64,000 nucleotides of DNA from positions 307-64,306 of the forward strand of contig DASSGK010000391.1 of NCBI GenBank assembly GCA_035693505.1. Reading direction: 5' to 3'. Source of the stretch: Vicinamibacterales bacterium (lineage in GTDB: Bacteria; Acidobacteriota; Vicinamibacteria; Vicinamibacterales; CAVVIG01). The position numbers and the translations under genes were made by a program. Below, in pieces: positions 54,661 through 62,815 of this stretch. Every line of letters starts with the position of its first letter. Positions within the stretch are counted from its first letter, which is position 1. The notes under the pieces were generated by a model. It saw only the letters and a list, made by a program, of their open reading frames with translations. It was not told the origin of the DNA and did no database searches.

Positions 54661-55580
54661 TACGCAATCCCCCGATTGTCCAATGGCGTGCCAGCCTTGA
54701 AGTTTCTCCGAGGCGGCCGGAGATACGCGAGCCAGTCGCCGGGAGCCAGTCCGACCAGGCGAAACGTGTCGGCCGCAGCTCGATATCGTCCCCGCTTGAC
54801 GTGCCGGTAAATGCCGCGAGCCTGGCTGAAGACGAAGTTGCGCTTGCCGATCTCCGCCTCTTCCGGGGTCAGCGGACACTCGCCGGAATTGAGGATGCGC
54901 CAGGCTTCCGCCGCCGCGCGCGCATAGGCGGCAACACTGGCCGGATTCGCCAGCTCCTGTCCCGCGTGACGCCGGTAGTAGAACAGGTCGCCGGGTACGA
55001 GCAGGACGTTGACCGTGGCGCACGCGTGTAGCCAGAACAGGTAGTCACCGGCGTAGGCGACCTCGGGAAATCCTCCCAGCGATCGGAAGGCCTCGGTTCG
55101 GAACAGCGCAGACGCCGGACCCTGATTGAACAGGCCATATCCAAGGAACTCGCGCTCGTAGGCGAGCCGGGGGGTCAGCAGCATCGGACAAGGCCCGCCC
55201 GGCCAACCGACGGCGCTCGACAGCGCGAACGCGGCCCGGGGCTCCGCATCCAGAGGCTCCACCATCGTCATCAGGCAATGGCGATACATCACGTCGTCGG
55301 AGTCGTGGTACTTGAGGAAGCGGCCGCGCGCGAGCTCCGCGACTCGGCGGCGATTGGCGTAGTCGCCGAGGTTGCGCTCGTTGAGCGCCACGCGGATGCG
55401 CGAGTCGCGCCGCGCGAAGTCGTTGATGATGTCGACGGTCCCGTCGGTCGACCGATCATCCGAGATGATGAGCTCGAAGTCGGCCATCGACTGCGCGAGC
55501 ACGCTCTCGATCGCCGCGGCGATGTAGCGTTCCCGATTGAATGACGTCAGCAGGACGCTGATGCAGGGTGCAGTCGACAT
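54660..55580 (-). CDS. Glycosyltransferase family 2
   Basis: ISVLLTSFNRERYIAAAIESVLAQSMADFELIISDDRSTDGT...YHDSDD. Confidence 0.85.
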   Translation of the reverse strand: MSTAPCISVLLTSFNRERYIAAAIESVLAQSMADFELIISDDRSTDGTVDIINDFARRDSRIRVALNERNLGDYANRRRVAELARGRFLKYHDSDDVMYRHCLMTMVEPLDAEPRAAFALSSAVGWPGGPCPMLLTPRLAYEREFLGYGLFNQGPASALFRTEAFRSLGGFPEVAYAGDYLFWLHACATVNVLLVPGDLFYYRRHAGQELANPASVAAYARAAAEAWRILNSGECPLTPEEAEIGKRNFVFSQARGIYRHVKRGRYRAAADTFRLVGLAPGDWLAYLRPPRRNFKAGTPLDNRGIA

Positions 55581-55599
55581 GGGACGTGGAATGAGCGAA

Positions 55600-56514
55600 T
55601 CAGCGCGGCCAGGCGTACGCGATGCGATGTGCGAGTTCCGCGGCCGTCACGGCTGACAACACGACAAACCGGGATCGTTCGAGCGGCGGCTCGGTCGTAC
55701 GTGCAAAATCGTTTCGCGTCGTAAAGCCCGATGTGAAGCCGAGGCTCGATGCGATCGCGACCGTCTCTTCCGTGTAATCAGTTCCAGGAGCGCCAAAGGG
55801 GTACGCAAGCGACCCGATGCGCAGTCCCGTCCACGATTCCAGGGCCGATTTGCAGGACTCCAGTTCCCCGCGCTGGATGTCGGGCGGGCTCTGCGCAAGC
55901 GGAGGATGCAACGCGGTATGGACGCCGATCGCGAATCCTTCATCGGCCAGCTGACGCACGTGCACATCGGTCATTGGAGCGAGCCTGGGGTCCGCGCTGG
56001 CAGGCGTGTCATGCGCGTCGGCCGCCTTTCGACGGATCTGGTCCGGTTGCGCGCGAAGCTGGTCGATCGCGCCGGGGCCGAGTGCCCGCGCGACAGCATC
56101 GAACCAGAACAGCCGCTGCCGGCGCACCGGCTCGGAACAGACGAACACGACCGCCGGAATCTTGTAGCGCTGCAGAATCGGCCTCGCGAGCTCGAACACG
56201 CTTCGATAGCCATCGTCGAACGTCACGAGCACCGGCCGCTCGGGGAGTGGGCGTCCGGTGGCGCGTGCCTCGCAAAATGTCGCGAGGTCGATCGGGTGAC
56301 AGGACTCCGCGATCACGCGGCACTGAGCTTCGAAGATGTCCGCGACCACATGCAGGTGCGGGAACGGCAGGCCGTCATCCTCCGGGGACTCGCGAACACC
56401 GTGGTAGCACAGCGCGAGCACTCCGGGAAACGTATCGCGGCCGAGACGAGTGGCGTACCACCCCGTGGCGAGCAACCCCGTCTTGACCGCGTCGCCGAGC
56501 GGCAGCGGCGTCAT
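55600..56514 (-). CDS. Polysaccharide deacetylase (NodB homology domain)
   Basis: PVLVTFDDGYRSVFELARPILQRYKIPAVVFV...GVHTALHP. ATG 56512-56514 overlaps the upstream TGA. Confidence 0.85.
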   Translation of the reverse strand: MTPLPLGDAVKTGLLATGWYATRLGRDTFPGVLALCYHGVRESPEDDGLPFPHLHVVADIFEAQCRVIAESCHPIDLATFCEARATGRPLPERPVLVTFDDGYRSVFELARPILQRYKIPAVVFVCSEPVRRQRLFWFDAVARALGPGAIDQLRAQPDQIRRKAADAHDTPASADPRLAPMTDVHVRQLADEGFAIGVHTALHPPLAQSPPDIQRGELESCKSALESWTGLRIGSLAYPFGAPGTDYTEETVAIASSLGFTSGFTTRNDFARTTEPPLERSRFVVLSAVTAAELAHRIAYAWPR

Positions 56515-57248
56515 CGGGGCAGACGGCAGACGATGGTCGTCAACACGGGAAATCGAGGATCCTGAACGTCGAGCTCGGCTTCGGTGAGCTCTTCGAGCGC
56601 CAAACCCAACTGTGCGCTCACAGCGGCGAGGCAATTGCCGTAGCTGACGATCTCGAGCATCGCGCCGGGCCACGCTTCGCAAAGCTTCTCGCGCCATCCA
56701 TCGGGCGACAATCGCCAGTAGTCCGGAACGTCGTCGGTCAGCGGAAGGAGTCCCGCCGCTGACGCGAGAATGGTTCCACCCGGACGGACGACGCGTCTCG
56801 CGTGTACAAGGCAGCGATCCAGCTCACGAAAATGCATCAGCGTGTTCGGCAGCAGCAGGCAGTCGTATGACTGATCGGGGATGACGCCACCGCAGTAAGC
56901 GAAGTCGCACAGATATGTCGGCTCGAATCGCGGCTCGATGTCGAATGAATCTGCGCGCGTGACGTCGTGTCCGAACCGCTCGGTGTAGCTGGAGCCCTGG
57001 GTCTCGAGCACCGCGCCTGTGATCAGATCCCGGTACTGCGCGAGAAACTTATCCAGGTAGTACCGATCGATGGGCTGACCGCGCTCGAATCCATACATCG
57101 CCGAAAACGGCGTCGTCCGTCGGAGATTCCCCCACCGCGGCAGATCGTAGCCTCGCATCACGCAACGCGCCTTGACCGTCATCGCCGGGCCGCCGAGTTG
57201 CTTCGCTTTCGCAACCACGGCGGAGCGAAGCTTCATCTTCGGTGTCAT
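56511..57248 (-). CDS. Putative SAM-dependent methyltransferase (divergent)
   Basis: VLETQGSSYTERFG...YDCLLLPNTLMHFRELDRCLVHARRVVRPGGTILAS has a methyltransferase-like core, but the glycine-rich motif I is degenerate. Confidence 0.55.
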   Translation of the reverse strand: MTPKMKLRSAVVAKAKQLGGPAMTVKARCVMRGYDLPRWGNLRRTTPFSAMYGFERGQPIDRYYLDKFLAQYRDLITGAVLETQGSSYTERFGHDVTRADSFDIEPRFEPTYLCDFAYCGGVIPDQSYDCLLLPNTLMHFRELDRCLVHARRVVRPGGTILASAAGLLPLTDDVPDYWRLSPDGWREKLCEAWPGAMLEIVSYGNCLAAVSAQLGLALEELTEAELDVQDPRFPVLTTIVCRLPR

Positions 57249-58456
57249 CGCGACGATCGCATCGCCGACCGCACGAGGCGCACGACGGGATTGGGAATCC
57301 ACGGCCGGTCGAGACGGCTGCCGTACTTGAGATGTGAACCGGGATCGAGCGGCCGATACAGCTGCGCCCATCGCGCGTACAGAGCCTGGTAGTCGGCGAC
57401 ACGGTTTCGAATATCGAACCGGTTCGCCACGGTGCCACGCGCGACCACGCTCATCGTCTCGAAGCGTGGTCGATCGCGATCGAGCCGTGCAATCGCGTCC
57501 GCAAACGCGCGTACGTCGGCGATCGGCGGCCGCTCCCCGTTGATGCCCGGGTCGACGATCTCAGGAACGCCGCTGGGAATGTCGCTGACGATCGGCACCA
57601 ACCCGGCGCTCATCGCTTCAACGAGCGCCACCGGAAAGCCTTCGAACCGGGTCGGCAGGACGAACGCATCTTGCCGCGTGTAGAGATCCATCAGTGCGGC
57701 GTTCGTCAGCGCACCGGCCCAGCACACGGCGGGATTGAACGCCCAGCGGCGTTTCAACTCGGCTTCGTCCGGTCCCGTGCCGGCGATCGTCCATGCGACG
57801 TTGACTCCCATTGCCTGCAGAGCCTGGTCTATCTCCGGGAGATCGAACACGCCCTTCTGCTGCTGCTCGAGCCTCCCGGCGTAGATAGCACGGAGTGCAC
57901 CGTCAACGCGGAAACGAACGGATGTCGACAACGGGATGCCGTACGGCAGATGAAAAATGGTATCGGCCCGATGCGGCAGACGGGCGATCAGCTCGTCATA
58001 CATCCGCCGGGAGTAGGCGATGAAGGCATGTACGACGGAATCGTGACGGACCGCAAGGTCGTAGTAGTACTCGATGTCGCCGTGCAGCATGTACATCACG
58101 GCGCGGCCGAAGTCGTGCGAGGAGGCCACAGCGAGGTCGAGCAGGTCGCCCGCAACGTAGACGCCTCCGCCGGAGGGCACCGCGCGCGAGACGCGTCGCA
58201 TCACCGCGTGCAGGTTCTCGATCGGCAGCGTGTACTCGACGGTCGCCTGACTGTCGGCGGCAAGCGCCTGGGCGAAGCGCGTGTCCGTGTGAAGGTGATT
58301 GTGCGTGAGGACCGCGTGATACGTGAACGCGTCCGGCTGACGATACGCCAGAAGGTTCGCGATGATGTTCGTCATCCCGCCCATCTTGTCTGGCAGGACG
58401 TAGACGACACTTGGCCTCTCCGTCACTGGCGCCACGCCCGCACAGTCATTGCCCAT
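57245..58456 (-). CDS. Glycosyltransferase family 4
   Basis: TRFEGFPVALVEAMSAGLVPIVSD...GINGE. The start is ATG 58456 or GTG 58426; the latter gives a GTGA overlap with the upstream stop. Confidence 0.8.
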   Translation of the reverse strand: MGNDCAGVAPVTERPSVVYVLPDKMGGMTNIIANLLAYRQPDAFTYHAVLTHNHLHTDTRFAQALAADSQATVEYTLPIENLHAVMRRVSRAVPSGGGVYVAGDLLDLAVASSHDFGRAVMYMLHGDIEYYYDLAVRHDSVVHAFIAYSRRMYDELIARLPHRADTIFHLPYGIPLSTSVRFRVDGALRAIYAGRLEQQQKGVFDLPEIDQALQAMGVNVAWTIAGTGPDEAELKRRWAFNPAVCWAGALTNAALMDLYTRQDAFVLPTRFEGFPVALVEAMSAGLVPIVSDIPSGVPEIVDPGINGERPPIADVRAFADAIARLDRDRPRFETMSVVARGTVANRFDIRNRVADYQALYARWAQLYRPLDPGSHLKYGSRLDRPWIPNPVVRLVRSAMRSSR

Positions 58457-59262
58457 TGCATCGCCCGGCCGGGGAACGGCGTGTCAGCACCGGCCTTCGG
58501 CTCCCGCCACGTCAGCGGCACGAATTCCTCGATCGAGTAGACGAACCCTGAGCGCGTCAGCAGCGCCAGCACACGCGGAACCTGCCTGTCGGAGGCATCG
58601 AACTCGTGAAGATCCATGACGAGCGCTTTGACCCGATGCAGCGCCGGCTCGCAGTCTTCCAGCACGAGCGCTTCCGCGCCTTCGATGTCCAGCTTCAGCA
58701 AGTCGACCGCTTCCTCTTCAAGGACATCGCGAAGCCTCAGGCTCGGCACCACGGCGGGCGAACCGTCGACAGCGCCCGGCAACGACCCGATCATGCCGGA
58801 GTCTGCGCCCTCGCACTGAAACGTGAGCGTGCCGCTCGACGTCCACACCGCCGCATGACGTGCGCTCACGCCGGACGCGCCGTTGGCACGCAGGTTTGCC
58901 TCGAGCACGGCAAACAGCGCGGGGTCCGCTTCGAACGCGGTGATGCGCGCCGTTGGATAAGCGCGGCGAAAAAACAGGCTCGCAAGGCCCACGTTCGCGC
59001 CGCAATCGAGAATGCGAGGCGCGGGAGACGAGGTCGCAAATTCGAGAGCGCGCTTCACAAAGATGTCGTCCCACTGCGGGCAGAGCGTCAGCAGGTCGGC
59101 ATAGTGCACGTCGAGATCCATCAACTTGATCTGCCCTGGCGTGAACCGCGGCGTGACGTTGGCCTGACGGCAGGCCGTTCGCCAGGCGGCTTTCTCCGGA
59201 CTTTCGAAGATGCGGCGGCGGATCGCCCCGAGCGTCCGGATGGCACTGCGGCGGCCGCTCAT
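58423..59262 (-). CDS. FkbM-family methyltransferase
   Basis: ILDCGANVGLASLFFRRAYPTARITAFEADP...LLKLDIEGAE. ATG at 59260-59262. Confidence 0.85.
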   Translation of the reverse strand: MSGRRSAIRTLGAIRRRIFESPEKAAWRTACRQANVTPRFTPGQIKLMDLDVHYADLLTLCPQWDDIFVKRALEFATSSPAPRILDCGANVGLASLFFRRAYPTARITAFEADPALFAVLEANLRANGASGVSARHAAVWTSSGTLTFQCEGADSGMIGSLPGAVDGSPAVVPSLRLRDVLEEEAVDLLKLDIEGAEALVLEDCEPALHRVKALVMDLHEFDASDRQVPRVLALLTRSGFVYSIEEFVPLTWREPKAGADTPFPGRAMQWAMTVRAWRQ

Positions 59263-60002
59263 ATCGCTCTCAGCACCACGCCGTTGCTCAGATAGGAGTT
59301 GGAGTTGACCGCGATACCTCGCGAAAGCCACGACGAGTCGAACAGCCGGACCAGCGCGGCGAAAGCAACGCGCAGCACCGCGACCTTTGCTTTCGCGAAG
59401 AGTGACCGCGATTCCGGAAGGATCGAGGCGTCGGCCAGGAGCGTCGCCAGTACATGGGGCAGTGTGCCGAGCCGTTCCGATCGCTCGACGACGAAGCCGT
59501 GATCCGCGGCGAGGCGCTCCAGGCCGTGCAGCGTCAGCCGGCGATAGTCGTACGGTTCCATGTGGAGGGGAAAGACGAACGGCACGGTCGCCACCACGAC
59601 TCCGCCGATGGCGGTCACGCGCCGTAAGCCGGCGAACGCGGCTCCGATATCCGTCACGTGCTCGAGCACCTCGGTGCACAACACGACGCCGAACGGTTCG
59701 GCCGGCGACGGCACGTCCTCGAGCGCGCTGACGATATCCACTGACTGCGTGCGGTTCTGAACGACATCCATGCCGACATACCGTTGGCCTTGCGATTCCA
59801 TCAGCGCGCGAAACGGCTGCTCGGCGCAACCGACGTCGAGCACCGCCCGGAATCCAGTGGCGGCCTGAAGAAGCGGCGGCAGCACGGCATTCACCCAGGC
59901 GTTGATCGCGCGCACGGTCCATCGATCCCGCCCGGCGTCGTCAGCGTAGTCGCGCCGGTGGCGGAAGGACGAGAGCGCAACCGAATCGGTGAGATCGGTC
60001 AC
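59259..60002 (-). CDS. Class I SAM-dependent methyltransferase
   Basis: VLDVGCAEQPFRALMESQGQRYVGMDV...VLCTEVLEHV. GTG 60000-60002 overlaps the upstream TGA (GTGA). Confidence 0.75.
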   Translation of the reverse strand: MTDLTDSVALSSFRHRRDYADDAGRDRWTVRAINAWVNAVLPPLLQAATGFRAVLDVGCAEQPFRALMESQGQRYVGMDVVQNRTQSVDIVSALEDVPSPAEPFGVVLCTEVLEHVTDIGAAFAGLRRVTAIGGVVVATVPFVFPLHMEPYDYRRLTLHGLERLAADHGFVVERSERLGTLPHVLATLLADASILPESRSLFAKAKVAVLRVAFAALVRLFDSSWLSRGIAVNSNSYLSNGVVLRAI

Positions 60003-61861
60003 ACGTTTCTCAGGAACTCGCCCAGCATGCCGAGGGCCCACGGACGGCTCCAGTGCGCGGCGCCGCTCTGCCAGGCGTTCCACTGCGTGTCCGGCGCATC
60101 GGCAGCGATCCATCCGGAGTCGGCGAGGTACGACATACCCGAACGCACGAAGGGCTGGAGTTCGGTCGTCATCCACTGCGCGAACGGCAGCGTGAACCCT
60201 TGCTTGGGACGATGGACGGCCTCGGCGGGCAGCGGCCGCTTCAGCGTTTCGTGAAGCAGGCGCTTGTTCCGCATGAGCGACGGGTGAGCGCCCAGATCGG
60301 GCCAGACCGTTTCCAGCAGCACATGATCGACGAACGGCACGCGGACCTCGAGCCCGTGCGCCATCGACATCACGTCGAGATCCCGAAGCAGCTGCGATCG
60401 GAGATACACCTGCGTCTCGAGCCGCGCGACATTGCCTTCAAGCGTCGACGCGTCGCCGCGCCACAACGCCGACTCCGCGGTCGCCAATTTCGCCGACGAC
60501 GACTCCCAACGATCGAGGAGCGCCGGCCCCGCGAGGCGCTCGACTTCAGCCGGCATGTACAAGCCGCGCTGCGTTCGGTACGCGGCGCTCATGTCGCCAT
60601 TCCCCGACATGAAGTGGCGCCAGCGGGGCGTCAGACGATCGGGCAACATCGCTGCGACGAGCGGCGTCATGGCCGGCGCGACCGGACGCATACGCTGTTT
60701 CCAGCGCATCGCGACGGGCAGCCGCCGGAACGACGGATAGCCGCCGAACATCTCGTCGCCTCCCGACCCCGACAGCACCGCTTTGATCCCGGTCTCCGCG
60801 ACCGCGGCTGACACGTAGTACGAGTTCACGGCGTCGAGCGTCGGCTGATCGAGACGCGCCAGAATCTGCGGCAGATCGCGGACGATGCGGGAGGAATCGA
60901 GGACGAGCTCGTGATGCGTCGCACCGAATCGCGCGGCGACCGTTCGCGCGTACTCGTGTTCGGAAGAACGATCGTCGAAACGGACGGTGTAGGTATTGAG
61001 GCCTTCCGCGCCTGCGTCGCTCGCCGCAGACAAAATGGCCGACGAGTCGATGCCACCCGAAAGAAACACACCCACCGGCACGTCGGCAACGAGATGCGCG
61101 GCGACGCTCTGACGGACGGCGTCGCCTGTCCGCATTCGCAACTCGGACTCGGGGCAACCGGAATGCGGACGTTGGTACACCGTGGCGACGTCGACGAACG
61201 CCTTTCGCGTGCGGTCACCGTTCAGACTCCAGCGCATCCAGGAACCTGGCGGGACGTTCTCGACGCCGGACAGATATGTCAGCGTTGCCGGCACCGTACC
61301 CCATGACAGGAAACCCAGCACACCGGCCGGATCGATCGTGCGATCGACGAGGCCCGACGACACCAACGCGTGAATCTCCGACGCGAAGGCGATCGATCGA
61401 TCCGTGGCCGCCACGTAAAGCGGCTTGATGCCGAAGCGATCGCGGGCCAGCGTCAGCGCGTGCGAGTCGTCGTCCCACCAGGCGAGCGCGAACATGCCGC
61501 GGACTCGCGCGAGAGCGGCAGGGCCGTCGCACACGAGCAGGCGAAGCAGAACCTCGGTATCGCTGCCGGTCGCAAACCGTTCGCCCCGCGATTCGAGCGA
61601 CTGGCGTAGCTCGCGATAGTTGTAGACCTCGCCGTTGAACACGATGCGATGGCGGCCGTCCGGCGTCGCCATCGGCTGGGCACCCGACGGCCCGGGATCG
61701 ATGATCGCCAGGCGTGTGTGCACGAGCAGGACGTCTCCGTCCGGGGAATGCCACACGCCGCGTCCATCGGGACCCCGGTGCGCGAGGGCGGCGGCGAGCG
61801 CCGCAGACGGGTCCGGCGTTGTGAGCCCCGATGGGCGCACCAGGCCGGCAATGCCACACAT
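59999..61861 (-). CDS. Asparagine-synthase-family glutamine amidotransferase (EPS-locus type)
   Basis: MCGIAGL has the N-terminal nucleophile Cys2. The FNGEVYNYRELR and SGGIDSS PP-loop motifs are present. Confidence 0.9.
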   Translation of the reverse strand: MCGIAGLVRPSGLTTPDPSAALAAALAHRGPDGRGVWHSPDGDVLLVHTRLAIIDPGPSGAQPMATPDGRHRIVFNGEVYNYRELRQSLESRGERFATGSDTEVLLRLLVCDGPAALARVRGMFALAWWDDDSHALTLARDRFGIKPLYVAATDRSIAFASEIHALVSSGLVDRTIDPAGVLGFLSWGTVPATLTYLSGVENVPPGSWMRWSLNGDRTRKAFVDVATVYQRPHSGCPESELRMRTGDAVRQSVAAHLVADVPVGVFLSGGIDSSAILSAASDAGAEGLNTYTVRFDDRSSEHEYARTVAARFGATHHELVLDSSRIVRDLPQILARLDQPTLDAVNSYYVSAAVAETGIKAVLSGSGGDEMFGGYPSFRRLPVAMRWKQRMRPVAPAMTPLVAAMLPDRLTPRWRHFMSGNGDMSAAYRTQRGLYMPAEVERLAGPALLDRWESSSAKLATAESALWRGDASTLEGNVARLETQVYLRSQLLRDLDVMSMAHGLEVRVPFVDHVLLETVWPDLGAHPSLMRNKRLLHETLKRPLPAEAVHRPKQGFTLPFAQWMTTELQPFVRSGMSYLADSGWIAADAPDTQWNAWQSGAAHWSRPWALGMLGEFLRNV

Positions 61862-62802
61862 CAGAAGAAACGAGGCTTCACTTTGATTTCGTCGTTCGGC
61901 AGGACCGGGTCTTCCATCTTGACCGGCACTTCGACCGCCTTGCCGTTCACCATCCGCACGACCGTCAGGCGTCGATCCGATCCGCGATCGGTCAGTCCGC
62001 CCGCGAGCACAATCGCCTGGCCAACCGTCGTGCCGGGATCGAGCACGAACGATCCTGGATTCTTGACGAAGCCCGACACGAAGAAACGTTTGGCGATCGG
62101 CACGTTGACGATGTCGCCATCCTGCAGGACGAGATCGCGGCCGACCTTGCCGAGTTCCAGATCCTTACGGTTCACCGAAATCGGCTCGGGCGCCGGCTGC
62201 CCCGCCTTCGGCGGATGCATCACGAGCACCTCGCTGCTGGCGTTCTGCGTGGGCGATCCGGCGAGGGCCAGAGCCTCGAGCAGCGACATCGTCGTCCCCA
62301 GCAACGGCACCTTGCCCGGCGTGCGGACTTCGCCCGTCACGAGCACGCTTCGCGCCTTGAACTGATCGACTTCGAGCCGCACCTGCGGGTTCTTCAGGTA
62401 GTCCTTTTTCAGCAGCGCGGTGATCTTGTCCTGCGCGTCGGCGAGCGACAGCCCGGCCACCGGCACGCGGCCGATGTACGGCATCGAAATCGTCCCGTCG
62501 GAATCGACGCGGAACTTTCCGGTCAGCTCCGCCTCGTCGGCCACGATGATCGACAGGCTGTCCTGCGGGCCGATGACGTACGTCTCGGCGCCCGCCGCGG
62601 GCTGATCGGCTTTCGACGCGCCGCTCCCTTCCGTCTTCGGAATCTCGAAGTCCGGCTTGTACGGCGCGTTCGGACTCGCTGGATTGGGTGCGGCCGGCTT
62701 TGGAGGTTGAGCCGGCGGCTGAGCGGCCGGAGGTGTTTGCGCCGCAGCGGCGGCAGCAAACAAGCCAAGGACAAGTGCGGCAAGACTCGAGCTCTTACGC
62801 AT
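61861..62802 (-). CDS. Short outer-membrane polysaccharide export (OPX) protein: Poly_export + SLBB, without a Wza-type C-terminal helix
   Basis: A signal peptide without a lipobox Cys is followed by a Pro/Ala-rich linker. Then come YVIGPQDSLSIIV...DSDGTISMPYIGRVPVAGLSLADAQ (Poly_export) and SLBB-like repeats. The protein ends ...NDEIKVKPRFF. Confidence 0.85.
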   Translation of the reverse strand: MRKSSSLAALVLGLFAAAAAAQTPPAAQPPAQPPKPAAPNPASPNAPYKPDFEIPKTEGSGASKADQPAAGAETYVIGPQDSLSIIVADEAELTGKFRVDSDGTISMPYIGRVPVAGLSLADAQDKITALLKKDYLKNPQVRLEVDQFKARSVLVTGEVRTPGKVPLLGTTMSLLEALALAGSPTQNASSEVLVMHPPKAGQPAPEPISVNRKDLELGKVGRDLVLQDGDIVNVPIAKRFFVSGFVKNPGSFVLDPGTTVGQAIVLAGGLTDRGSDRRLTVVRMVNGKAVEVPVKMEDPVLPNDEIKVKPRFF

Positions 62803-62815
62803 GATCGTTCAATCC

